This document shows positions 13,672 through 26,366 of a stretch of 64,000 nucleotides of DNA, piece by piece; the first letter of the stretch is position 1; every line of letters starts with the position of its first letter. The notes under the pieces are model-generated. The model searched no databases and was not told where the DNA came from. It worked only from the letters and a program-made list of their open reading frames with translations. The position numbers and the translations under genes are program-made. The DNA is from Octopus sinensis (Eukaryota). Location of the stretch: positions 17,422,001 to 17,486,000 of the forward strand of contig NC_042997.1 of NCBI RefSeq assembly GCF_006345805.1, written 5' to 3'.

Positions 13672-14275
13672 GATGAATTGGCAGAATTGTTAGGGTGTCA
13701 GAAAAAATGCTTTACTGTATTTGTTGTAGCTCAAGGTTTTGAGTTCAAATCTTGCAGAGGTCAACTTAGCTTTCCATCCTTTTAAGGTCAATGAAATAAT
13801 GTAGCAGTCTAGTACTCTGCTAAATAAATTGCAGGCCTTGTGCTTAAATTAGAAGCAAGCAAGCAATCATCATCATCATTATCATCATCAAGGTAAGATG
13901 GTGAGCTGGCAGAATCATAAGCATGCCAAGCAAAATGCTTAGTAGCATTTCTGCAGTCTTTTATGCTCTGTGTTTGAATTTTGCCAAAGTAGGATCAATG
14001 TAATCTACTAGCTCCTTCCTCTAAGATTTCAAGCCTTGAGCCTATATTAGAAAGGATTATTCTGATTAAGTTTGAAAGCTGGTATAATTGTTACTATGCC
14101 AAACAAAATGTTTAGTAGCATTCTGAGTTGAAATGCCACTGAGGTTGACTTTGCCTTTCATCTTTTTGGGATAAATAAAATAAAGTACCAGTTGAGTATT
14201 GTAGTTGATGTTATCAACTCCCTCCTCACCTAAAAATTGTTAGCCTTGTGCCACAATTTAAAAGACTTATTATTA
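13672..14275 (+). mobile_element. Three tandem copies of SINE family B (GAGCTGGCAGAATC head)
   Basis: Repeated GA(G/A)(C/T)TGGCAGAAT..AAATGCTTAG..GAGTTCAAAT..GAGGTCAACTT..CTTTC(C)ATCCTT..AAATAAAGTACCAG units separated by (CAT)n/(TAA)n spacers. Confidence 0.8.
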
Positions 14276-14664
14276 ATAAGATGGTGATGATTTTTTTTGA
14301 TAATAATGATAATTATAATGATTTCTAACACAACCATAGCATCCACGAAGAGGAGACAGTCAACTATATCAACCACATACTTGGCTGATAATTTATTTTA
14401 TTGTTCCCCACCCTCCAAAAATAAAAAAATAAAAAAAGCTGAAAAGTAATTTAAATACTAGCAGATAAATTGCTGTATTTGAATACTGCAATGCTCTGCT
14501 GATTCTGCCAATCCATCACCCTTGATGATGATGATTTTCAACTGAGGCTCAGGGCCACATTCTAATGTCCTATTAATAATATTAACAATAAGGATTCTTT
14601 TCTTGGGCATAAAGCCAACGATGTAATCGAAGATAGGGGATTGCAGCTGATATAATTGACTGAG

Positions 14665-15290
14665 TATGAATGTAAGAAGCTATATCAAAGTGTGTAGAAA
14701 CAACATCATAACAATTTTGTCTGAATTGTTCAATGGGAATCGAGTGGAGGTAACCAGATGGTGAGAGGGGGAAAAAAGTGGTAGGAAGAAATGCAACTTG
14801 GAGAAAGCTTTACTGAGAATGTGAATGCTAAGCTCTTTTAGAAGTTTAAAATCCAATGTGATTACATTGTAGAATGCAGACATCTTAACACTGGAATAAG
14901 AAAACAGAGAGAGATGGTGGAGGTGGAAAATGAGGAGGAGGAGGAAGGAGAAGAGGAGGAAGAGGAAGAAGAAGAGGGAGAGGAAGAAGAAGAAGAAGAA
15001 GAAGAAGAAGAAAAAGAAGAAGAAGAAGAAGAGATGAGGTATAACTATAAGAATAGCCATCATATGTGACAGTGTAGCTAAATCAACAAAATACAATGAA
15101 CTTAAAAGAGAAATGAAAAATATATTGACGAAGCTAAGGAAAAGAAACTATTCTAACAAAAATGGGAGCCCTAGGAGTGGCTAGCAAGAATTTAAAGGAG
15201 TTTAGAAAATAGATGGAAATAGATATATCATTTGCAATGTTTCTAAAAGACATCCTTTGGTTTAAATAACCAGAATATTGACAAGTAGGG
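14665..15290 (+). mobile_element. Highly decayed R4/Dong-like RLE fragment interrupted by (GAA)n
   Basis: ECKKLYQSV*KQHHNNFV*IVQWE resembles ECKKLAQKEYKRRHDNVARIVHW; ENVNAKLF*KFKIQCDYIVE resembles ENE.AKILWDFNIQCDH.IE; MGALGVASKNL resembles IGALG.V.KNL. Confidence 0.6.
14905..15035 (+). repeat. (GAG/GAA)n microsatellite
   Basis: Direct read. Confidence 0.95.
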
Positions 15291-15894
15291 GTTGTGTTTG
15301 AAGTGCATCCACTTCCAATCTTTATACCTAAGATCACATTTACATTCAAGATTCTACCACTGTCTATCCTCAAAATTATATAACAACTATTTTTGTAAAC
15401 CAACCAAGGCAAACTATACTGCCATCTATACACTTGGACAAGCTTTATATACACCTAGAAGGCTAAAGTACCAGAAGAAAAGGATGTTGGAGTGGACATA
15501 AAAATATAAATAAGATTAACTAACTAACTATAGAACAATGTCAGAAAAAAAGAGTAATAAAAGAGCATTGACGAACAATTAACAGAACAGTGTCAGACTA
15601 AAGTAGTAGAAATTCAGGTGAACTAAAATAACTAAAAACTATTTCAATGAAAACGTAAATATTTAAGAATAAGATAAAGAAGAACCTGGAGCAATGGAAA
15701 AGAAAAAACAAAACAAATAAAAAAAAAGGGATTGAAAATAATTAAAATAATTGCAACTATCTCTTCTGCTTTTCCTAGCACCCACTTCTGCAGCATATCT
15801 TCTGAATATTTCTGACCTTGTCTCTCTCTTCAGTATGCTTGTTTTTGTGATGTAGAGATATTTTCTGGAGGTAGATATGTTGTTGTTGTTATTG

Positions 15895-16380
15895 TTGCTG
15901 GTTGGCTGGTGGGCAGTCCTAACAGAGCAGACCTATGATCAAAGGCATTCAAATCATGATAATCTGGTCTTCTTTTTTGTCTTTTCCCCAGACATGATGT
16001 TATCTAAGACTAGCTCATCCCATGTGTCCTTCTTTTTTCAAGATGGTAATATGATTTGTTGAAAATTTGGTTAATGTTTCCTAGAGTCACATAAAGTTTA
16101 TACCGTAGGTTTGTGTTGGTATGGGTGCATCATTGAACTATGTTTGTTGTCATAGTTTAGTTCCAAGTCAGCTCTGATTATGCAGAACTATGATCAGAGT
16201 AATTCCAACTAGAATTACTCTGATCATAGTTTTCTTTTATATTTTTTCCTTTTGTATATCTAGGATTGCACTCTCTAATATGCATCACTTTTTTAAGAGT
16301 GAGGTGTGAACTGAGATAAATTTGGTTACTGTTTCTGATAGGTAGAACAACCACATAAAGGCTCCCTCACTGATTCATAT
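15895..16380. mobile_element. Two tandem copies of another short interspersed repeat (family D)
   Basis: GCAGA(C/A)CTATGATCA...TCTA(A/G)GA..GC..CATG..TCC..TTTTT.AAGA..G...ATTTGGT.A.TGTTTC occurs twice. Related pieces at 10640-10815, 19060-19345, 20660-20740 and 62590-62760. Confidence 0.5.
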
Positions 16381-16500
16381 AATACAATATTGGCATTCCA
16401 CATTGATTGGTGGTCATATAGTGCTGTCTTTTATAAGTATATTTTCTTAGCAGGATTTTAAATTCCTAGTAATATTAATTGTTTCTGTAAAGAAGGCCAA

Positions 16501-16541
<41 letters not shown>

Positions 16542-17349
16542 GATATGTGAAATATCATAATTTTTTGCTTAGTCTTAAGATTAACAAACCATTCATACAA
16601 AGCACACCTACATAATACATTTGTATCCATAGTCTATTGGTTTCCTGTCAGGGACTGATAAAAAAAAACCCAATAGATTATTTGTACAAGTAAAGAAGAT
16701 ATATTTAGTTGATAGAACTGATTTCAGTTCAGTGTCAATTTTTAATAGAACTTGAACTGATGTTTAAACAGTAGGAAACTAAATGTAATAATGATTGGTA
16801 TCATTAACACAGAATTTCATAATGACATGTAGTTAATTTAATTGTTACTGAAATTTAACTGGTTCTTTCTTTTTAAACAATGAGGGACCAACTGTCAGTT
16901 TTAGTTATGAACATTCAGTTATTTGACCACTGAATTGTCTGCTCCTTAAATTATCAAATATCTGGTTGAGTGTTCCTCAGACATTTATACCCTTATTAGA
17001 ATCCTAAAACTGAATCATCATGACACAGTGTGTAACAAGACAGTTTCTTTGAAATACAGATGCAATCCATCTGATTTTTTATCACTCATGTAAATGTACA
17101 ATATTGTCCGGGAATAAATAAGTTAGCATAAGTAAAAATGAATAACTGAGGTTATTTATACAGAACAGATTATAAAACACCATAAGGGTTTAGATCAATG
17201 TTCAACTGTTAGTGTCATAATAATGATAACAATAATGATATACAATCAGAAGAGCACAACATGTAATAAAATACAGATTGATTTTATTGACCTGATGAAA
17301 TCTTGTTTAGTTCAATAAACAAAGTCAATCTGTGCTTTATTACATTTCA

Positions 17350-17884
17350 CAATCTTCACAGGATTATGAAAGGAGAAACGAGAGAGAAAGTCACTAAAGA
17401 GCACAAGAGGAAAATTAAGAAGGTGCTCAAAACAAAATTAAATGGAGAGAACATTGTTAACTGTTTAAATACCTGGGCTATGTCAGGACTGAGATACTCA
17501 GCTCCCTTTCTGAAATGGACAAAAGTTAAGCTACAGACCTTGGATAGAAGAACTACAGAGCTGCCCACAATACACAATGCACTCCACTCTAAAAGCAATA
17601 TCAGCTGACTCTACCTACCAAGAAAGGAAGGTGGTAGAGGATTATTATATTGATATATATATTAACTAGTTATTTCTGTAGTAATTGGTGCATTTAGCAT
17701 AACACTCAAAATGCTTCTTAAAAGACTGAAAGAGATTGGAATTGAAACTTTACATTGTCAATCTGCAGAAAAGTACTGTCCTATGTTCTGCAATATAAGG
17801 AAGATTCTTGAGATATCAGGGGACTTGTTGTTACCTAGCATCAAGATAAAATATTTGCTAACTAAATTAGCATGTATTAGCATA
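17350..17884 (+). mobile_element. Internally deleted R4/Dong-like LINE (RT C-terminal region joined to the extreme 3' end)
   Basis: KVLKTKLNGENIVNCLNTWAMSGLRYSAPFLKWTKVKLQTLDRRT..HNALHSKSNIS*LYLPRKEGGRGLL, then VVIGAFS..LKRLKEIGIE..IRKILEI. Ends at (TAA)n. Confidence 0.85.
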
Positions 17885-17895
17885 TAATAATAATA

Positions 17896-17959
<64 letters not shown>

Positions 17960-18067
17960 CGTAATAATAATAATAATAATGATGATGATGATGATAATAA
18001 TAATAATAATAAGAAGAAGACAAAGAAGAAGGAGAAGAAGAAGAAGAACAACAATAATAATGATAAT
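17885..18067 (+). repeat. (TAA)n-(GAT)n-(GAA)n compound microsatellite
   Basis: Direct read. Confidence 0.95.
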
Positions 18068-18842
18068 AATAAGGCTAATGTTCTTCAAAATGGTACTGAT
18101 CCTAAATGTAGATTTTGCGACCCATTTGACAAAACAATAAACCATCTCATTTCCAGATTCCTGTGCTGACATCAAATGAAAGTAAAAATTGCCATGATAG
18201 GGTAGGACAGTATTTACATTGAAAAATATGTAAACACTACAAAATCGGCACTCCTGATTATTGGTATGAACATCATCCTGAGCCAGTCGTTAAAGGTAAA
18301 AATGTCACTATCTTCTGGGATTTTCCAATCAACACTGACAGAATTATCCAAGTTAATCAACCAGACATAATCATTAAAGACTGGAAAGAGAATACTTGTA
18401 GACTGATAGATGTAAGTGTTCCTTCTGATAAAAATATATCTGTAAAAGAATTTAACAAACTTAGTAAATACAAGGACCTGGAAACTGAAATACAAAAGAT
18501 GTGGCATCTTAAAACAAAAACTGTTCCTGTTATTGTAGGTGCCCTATGTATGATAAAAAAGGGATGTCAGAAACATCTAAACATTATCCCAGGAGAACCA
18601 TGTCTCAGAGAAATCCAAAAGATTGTACTGACAAGTACAGCCCACATCCTTAAAAAAACCCTATCAGTTTAAATGTCTGTGTTGTATTACATGGAAATAT
18701 TTCACTACTAACCCTGCCACTCCTCCTATCACCATCTTTCAGTTATACAGTACCGCCTCTTATCCTTCACTTTGCCCTAGGGTGCTGGTTGTGTCTCGGC
18801 AAGTGATTGCAACAGACATGCAGATTAAAAGTAAAAAGCAAC
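18068..18842 (+). mobile_element. 5'-truncated R4/Dong-like LINE: zinc knuckle, RLE endonuclease and 3' UTR
   Basis: KCRFCDPFDKTINHLIS/PVL..HDRVGQYLH*KICKHY..WYEHHPEPVV..WDFPINTDRIIQVNQPDIII..LIDVSVPSD..KYKDLETEIQKMW..VPVIVGAL..IQKIVLTSTAHILKKTLSV* (stop 18670-18672). One frameshift and one internal stop; followed by (TAA)-like repeats. Confidence 0.9.
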
Positions 18843-19933
18843 GATAATGATAATAATAACAATAATAATAATGACACAAGGTTACAAAGTTTTAGAGAGG
18901 AGTAGAATTCCATTATATAAATCTTTATATGTACTTATTTCATTAATCTTCCTATGGATGAAGAACTAGGTGGTAAGTTAGCAGGATCATTAGTACATTT
19001 GTTCTAGCTCTTTAAATTCTAAGTTAAATGAAGGGCATCTTTGCCTTTTGTCATTCAAAAGAAAAGAAGTAGGCTGTACCCATTGATTTTGTAAGCCCTC
19101 CAAGCCCAATAACACCAGTGTATTCTCTGTTCAGCTTGTACAGCTGCAGGCTCGATAGTTGTAGAGAAAACATGAGCCAGTTAGAAATAGTAGCTAAATT
19201 CTTTCAGTTCCACCTTAACATCTTAAAATAAGTACACATTAGCTATCACCTCAGATATTCAAAAGGACAGATTGGTTTTAATAACAATGTCATTGAACAT
19301 AGGTCTGCTTAATCAAAGTCAGCCTGCAGCTACACAGCAACAAAACAAAATTTAGCAGGAGATTGGTAGGGGTGTGTGTTAGTGTTGTCATGTATTTTAG
19401 TGAACATTTAATTCTACATCTCTAACTCTATGTTAGCTGAAAGTACCAGAATTTCTAGGAAAGTTACTTTCTAGGAAAGGCTGGCATCCTATTCATGTGA
19501 AAATTTGTCTCATAATGATCATAGTTTCTCTGGAATTAAGCTTTAGTGTCCACCCATTGACAACCCTGAGGTTTGTAAAAGGATTAACTTCAACATCTAT
19601 AAGGTAACTTAATCTCAGTAAGGTAGTTATACTTGCTAACTATATTTTATTTTAATGCTAGTCGTTGCAAATATTTTCCTCTATGGTGTTTCTAACTATT
19701 CATGCCTTCTAGGTCTAATTTACCAGATCTCCCTACCCCAACTTCCCTCTCCAATAGCACACTTTTTCACCTACCACTTCTCTATCCCATCCTTGCTTCA
19801 CCTAATTCTTAATGCATACACAAGCCAAACCCTTCCACAGCCTATTCCCTACTTGTTTTCCTTTTTCACTTCCTTCTCTCTTCTATCGATCAGCTACTAG
19901 CTATTATTTATATATTTTTTACATACCTCTAAA

Positions 19934-19964
<31 letters not shown>

Positions 19965-19989
19965 ACATATCTACATATATTCATCATTA

Positions 19990-20046
<57 letters not shown>

Positions 20047-21110
20047 GTCTGTCTGGCTGTCTATTGGTTGATCATTGTTTAACTCTCTATCTATCTACAT
20101 ATCTACCTATCCACCTATATACCAACCTGTCTGACTGTCTGTCTATCTATATTTAAAATGCAAGCCAAACTGCTGTTTACTCAAAGGCCACATATTTCAG
20201 GAAGTGGCAAGTAAAAATGGTGTTGCTGGTGGTGGTAGAGGTGGTGGTGGTGTTGATTGTGCTAGGAGTTAGTCATCAATATATTGATCAGAAAGACATT
20301 CAGTTGGAGAATGCTGTTGATATTATTCAGTCAGATGATGAGGGTAGCAGCATGGTCCTTTGCACAGATGATGATTATGATGATGATGATGACAACAACA
20401 GCCTGGTCACTAGTACCTTGTATGAAAATTTTAATGGATGTATTGTTCATAATATTAATGATGTTGATAAGGATGATGAGGAGGCAAAAGGAAGAAGGGA
20501 GTGGATGAGGAGTGCAATGATTACAAAAAGTGGGTCCTAACATTGATTTATGATATTGATAATAGATGCAATCTCTAATGTGATGAGGAGATGAAAATGG
20601 AGGTAAAAAACAGTGAATGTGAATAATAGCATTGACAGTACTACAAATAAGCAGTAATAACAGTCGATGAGGGCACCCTTAAGCAGTTGTTCAACCTTAC
20701 AGAAATAGCTGCCAAATCACCCTCAAAACCAACTGACATAAAAAAAAAATTGTCAATTATGTAAGTCACACAATCTCTAGCACAGGCATGAATATCTTTA
20801 TGATGCATGTCTGCATGAGTGTGTGTGATATAAACACAGGTATATACACACACATCTCCATCATCAGGTGTGTGTGTGTGTATGTTTGTGTGTGCCTTTG
20901 TGTATGTGTGTGTATACTATAGAAACAATAGACAGACAGACATATGATTTCTGGGGTGATACTATTGCATGGCTCTTTCAGTGAGTGTGTGTAAATCATC
21001 ATAGCCTCAGACTGACCAATGCGAAACCAAAACATTAGACACAGAGACGTTATCATCATCATCATCATCATCGTCGTTTAACGTCCATTCTCCATGCTAG
21101 CATGGGTTGG

Positions 21111-21157
<47 letters not shown>

Positions 21158-22060
21158 GTACACACACACAGACTTATGATCAAATAGTGTACTAAAATAT
21201 GCCATTTTGTATAATATTGAAACATGCATTTGGCAAAATTTCAGCTGTTTGATGGTTTGAATGAGAATTAATGAAATGTTCACAATTCTATGGATCTGGT
21301 GTTGCCTGTTTGTTGATATTGTTGGCATTGTTATAGATGTCTTTCCACTGATGTCGCTGGGCTTGTTATATTTTTTTGTGGATGTTATTTTTCTAATTGT
21401 TACTGTCTTTCTGCTTGATGTTGGTATTGTTATAGTTGCCATTTTTTTTTGTCCTTGATACATCATTTTATTTGTTGTCAATATTCTTGATGAAAATGTT
21501 GCTGGTGTTGGCTTTATTGTTGTTGCTATTCTGGGTGTTGTTATAACACATTTTTGTGCGGTTGTTCATGGTGGTAGCAGTGGTGGTGGTGTTGTCTTCT
21601 CTGTTGATGCTGTTGCTAACTTTTATGTTGACGCAGTTGGTGTTATTATCATTGTCTTCCTTTTTTTCTTCTGATGCTATTATTATTATTACGGCTATTT
21701 TCATTAATGTTTGTGGTGGTAGTGTTGTTGCTATTGTTGATGCTGTCATTGATGCTAATGTTTCAGCTCTGCCACAATGTCTCAAGAGTTTTTGATAAGT
21801 AACCATCAACCTTGCTTTGAGAGTGTTTCCCAGCACTTCATCCCTCTTTAAATGGATTGCTGAGTGTTCCTAACTTTCAATGAAGTGTTTGCTGCACCTA
21901 TGTAATGTGAATATATCTGCCTCTGTGTCTGAGTATATACATGTTGATATGTGTTGCATTTTAAAAGAATTTGCACAAGCATAAGTATGTACAAGGTTTG
22001 TGCTGCTGTGCGTAACTGTGCTTTGTGAGTGTATGTATGTGTATGTGTTATACATATGTA

Positions 22061-22110
<50 letters not shown>

Positions 22111-23838
22111 CATAGGAAAATAACACAAAACACTGGTAATGATGTGTGTGTGTGTCTATGTATGGTTGTGTGTGTATATATATTATATATGTCGCATATG
22201 TATGTATACTATATATAATATATAGATATATACATTATATATATTCTGTGTGCGTGTGTGTGCATTATCTCATATACCAGTGTGTCTTTTATGCTATCAT
22301 TTACAGTATATAATTAGAACCAAGCCAAAGCTTTCTTTGCCTTTCATCCTTCTGACCTAAATGAAATAACAATGAAATACTAGGGTTTTTACTAGGGATA
22401 TTATTGAATATATACCTTACCCACTAAAAATTATAGTAATATTTATCTAACAAAATAATAAAATATTGGAATGGAGAAAATAGATACTTAACCAAGCAAA
22501 AATACCCTGTGCTAGTTAGTTACATTCATAATATTCTTAGTTTAAATCTCACTGAGGTAGACTTTACTTTCCAATATTTCGAAGTTGATAAAATAAGTGC
22601 CAGTCAAGTGCTGGGGCAAGCAAAGGTGGGTGGTTTGATTTAATTGACTACACATACATATATACACATCTTGTATCTTTTATGCCTTTTTCTTTTATTT
22701 GTTTCTGTCATCAGACTTCAGTTATGCTGGGGCATCTCCTTGAAAGGTTTAGGTGGACAAATTGACCCCAGTAATTATATTTTAAATCATGGTACTTATT
22801 CTATTGATCTTTTTTGCTCAATCACTAAGTTACAGGGATGTAGACAGACTAACACCAATAGTAAAGCCATGGTAAAGGACAAATACACAAAGACATGCAT
22901 GCATAGATTTGTAATCATATACACAGATATATGATGAGCTACTTTCAATTTTCATCTACTGTATCTACTCAAAGGGCTTTAGTCAAGGTGCCACACAGTA
23001 GGACTGAACTCAGAAGCAAGCTTCCTACATTTGCACATGTATACACAGGTATCAGTAAGAATGTTCGAGAAGAATGGCAGTTGTCCATATAAGCAAAGCA
23101 AGTGGTATGAAAACTCTTTTCATGCCACTGATACACACTACTACTATCTGCATGCTTCATATTTGTTCCAATCTCTCTCTCTCTCCACACACACACACAC
23201 ACACACACGCACACACACATATATATATATACACACACACATACATTTCATGTTTATATATTCAAGAGGAACACCATTGACTGAGCCAATACAGCCTGAC
23301 ATTAGAGTCATTACAGACTTGGCTGTGAGAACTAGAACAGATACTGAAAGGCATCTTGCCTGAACCTATAACAATTTCACCAATCTACTGCTTGAGATTG
23401 GTACTTTAATTATTGACACTAAAAGAATCAAAGGAAATGTTTGCCTCAACTGGATGTGAACTCAGACCACAGAGAGTTAGAACAATTACCACGTAGCATT
23501 CTAACCAATGCTCTATAATGACTGCCAATTCACTACCTCACACACACACACACACAAACAAACATACCTTGTGTTTAAATGTGCTAAATCTTTTGCTTCA
23601 GATATGTTCATGTTAAGCCAGTTTACAGGAAAATACACCAAGTTTTATATCGGATCATTATTGAACCTAATATCAGTATATATATGTGTGTGCACAATCA
23701 GTTCTACACACACACACATGCATACACAAACACAAAACCTATAATATCTGTGTGTTGCCATTCAAGATTGTATGTATTAGTGTGTACCTATACAATATAA
23801 CTGCTGTCATATACAGAAGATACATAAGACTTACTTCA

Positions 23839-23935
23839 TTATCTGTATGTTAGTGTCTCGCCATAGTAATATTTCTCTTTCCACATGGAGGAACAAAAGC
23901 CTTTATTCCTCAAAATGAGATACAAATGTTTATAC
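23839..23935 (-). CDS. Candidate last coding exon: (R)YKHLYLILRNKGFCSSMWKEKYYYGETLTYR*
   Basis: Acceptor TTTGCATCTAAG. The phase-2 start matches the end of exon 28092-28212. Strong donor AA|GTAAGT lies 4 nt after the stop. Inference only. Confidence 0.3.
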
Positions 23936-24109
23936 CTTAGATGCAAATCACTTCATATGCATGCATGAATACACTCAAATATGCAAACATACATGCATAT
24001 TGCAGCAATGTGGTGGAAATCCTATAATGAAAACAAATGTACATGAATGCATACACTCACAAATACACACTGTTATTATCTGCATATTTCATGTTTGTTC
24101 CAGTATATG

Positions 24110-24120
24110 TATCTCTCTCT

Positions 24121-24185
<65 letters not shown>

Positions 24186-24369
24186 ATTGCGTTTCATGTT
24201 TATATATACATATATGTGTGTATGCAAATAATAAATAAAGTATACAAGGTAAATTAAATTAGTAAAGAGAAAGCCCAGAAGAGTATAATGTATGTGTGTG
24301 TGTGTGGGTGTATGTGTGTGTGTGTGGGTGTATGTGTGTGTGTATATATATATATATTATATATATATA

Positions 24370-24422
<53 letters not shown>

Positions 24423-24549
24423 ATTGCGTTTCATGTTTATATATACATATATGTGTGTATGCAAATAATAAATAAAGTATACAAGGTAAATTAAATTAGT
24501 AAAGAGAAAGCCCAGAAGAGTATAATGTATGTGTGTGTGTGTGGGTGTA

Positions 24550-24600
<51 letters not shown>
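24110..24600. repeat. Tandem duplication, unit about 237 bp
   Basis: CAATTGCGTTTCATG at 24184 and 24421; unique parts appear identical; junctions lie in (TA)n. Confidence 0.9.
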
Positions 24601-24619
<19 letters not shown>

Positions 24620-24902
24620 TGAAGAATCCAGCATACAGTAATGTGAACTTTAATATTGTTGTGAGAAATGTCAGTGTGTGTGGTGAATTTATATACATTT
24701 GTATGTACAGCTGAGAGCAAAAAGTGTTCATTCAATCCATGTAATGGAGTTCATTTATATAAGCAAATAAATATATGCAAGTGTGTGTATCTGTGTGGGT
24801 ATTGTTCTCTCAGTGTTTATATGTCAGTAATGGTGTATTTTTGCAAGTCAGATGTTCAGTTGAACATAGATTATGTGAGCAATATGCCTGGGAAAAGCTT
24901 AC

Positions 24903-24932
24903 ATTTCTTATCTAAGTCAATTGCTGCACTAA
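24903..24932 (-). CDS. Candidate 30-nt micro-exon (phase 1 to 1): xSAAIDLDKK
   Basis: Acceptor TTTTACATTTCTGCACCAG, donor AAT|GTAAGC, frame-preserving. Short enough to be chance. Confidence 0.2.
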
Positions 24933-25039
24933 CTGGTGCAGAAATGTAAAACTCGATTTATTCCATTTGCAGAGGAGGATTAAGATGGCTGGAATTGAAC
25001 CCAGGTTAACTGGGCTCAATTCTGGCCATGACTGTCTAA

Positions 25040-25633
25040 TACTAAGGATATCTGAGATGCTGTGCGTGAGAAGACCCGGCAGGACAAGTGAGACCATAAC
25101 CCGTGGCCTTCTACACAGGATGTAGCCAGTCCACTTATGCATACCTTCCCTTCTTGGGACACAAAACTCTACTTGTGAAGACCTGTTGAGGCAAGTGAGA
25201 ATCAGAATCGAAATTGATCAATGGAAATTGCAGCTCAGATACCAGTGCCGGTGGCACATAAGAGAACCATCCAAACGTGGCCGTTGCCAGTGCCGCCCCG
25301 ACTGGCCTCATGCCGGTGGCACGTAAAAAGCACCATCCGTTCATGGCCATTGCCAGCCTCGCCTGGCCCCCTGTGCTGGTGGCACATAAAAAGCACCATC
25401 CGACCGTGGCCATTTGCCAGACTCATCTGGCACCTGTGCCAGTGACACGTAAGAAGCACCCACTACACTCATGGAGTGGTTGGCGTTAGGAAGGGCATCC
25501 AGCCGTAGAAACATTGCCAGATCAGACTGGGCCTGGTGCAGCCTTCTGGCTTCCCAGACCCCAGTTGAACTGTCCAACCCATGCTAGCATGGAAAGCGGA
25601 CGCTAAACGATGATGATGATGATGATGATGATG
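25040..25633 (+). mobile_element. RTE LINE 3' end (young copy)
   Basis: ORF end (R)DAVREKTRQDK*, a 3' UTR with four ~63-bp GTGCC-GGT-GGCAC subunits, GGAGTGGTTGGCGTTAGGAAGGGCATCC, and a (GAT)n tail. Confidence 0.85.
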
Positions 25634-25943
25634 TTGGGATTTGAAATGAGGGAAACTTGACATTCATTCCCAGAGAGTTCAGTGACAATATAAATGCATG
25701 GTTGTGTGTTTGTGTGTGTGTACACACATAGATATATAACCAGAGAGAAGCATTAAAGAAAATTATATTTGAAAATATATACATATATAATTACATACAT
25801 AGATACATGCATATGTCTGTATATATATATTATCCTTTGAATGATGTCTGGAAATGGCAGCAATCCTAGGGATGACAAGTGTTTAAATAAATATATTTAC
25901 CTCTCATGCCTCTTGTGTATACGCACACACATACACACACACA

Positions 25944-25976
<33 letters not shown>

Positions 25977-26314
25977 TAAGGTGGTTGGCATTTGAAAGGG
26001 CATCTGGTTTAGTCTTACAGTGTGCCATGCCCTGTCAAACCATCCAACCCATGCAAACATCAAAAACATGTTACATGATGATGAAGATGATGATGATACA
26101 TGTATGTGTGTGTGTGTTTATATATATGTATTTATGTGTATATATATATATATAGTTACTAACAAAAATGTTATAATTTTATTCTAATGCAGGCCAACTT
26201 GCACAAATATTAACTAATTAGATTGTTAATTAAAAGCTGCTATTTCAATTATCACCTTGCACTTTTCAGTTTCTGTATTTAATCTCTTTTGAATATAACA
26301 TTCTTTATTTATTT

Positions 26315-26366
<52 letters not shown>

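Noticed and set aside
21068-21836. Two Thr/Asn/Ile-rich minus-strand ORFs
   Set aside because: Decayed (GTT/GAT)n trinucleotide sequence.
25240-25465. Regularly spaced palindromic repeats as a CRISPR array
   Set aside because: Eukaryotic context, spacers are mutually similar, no cas genes; it is part of an RTE 3' UTR.
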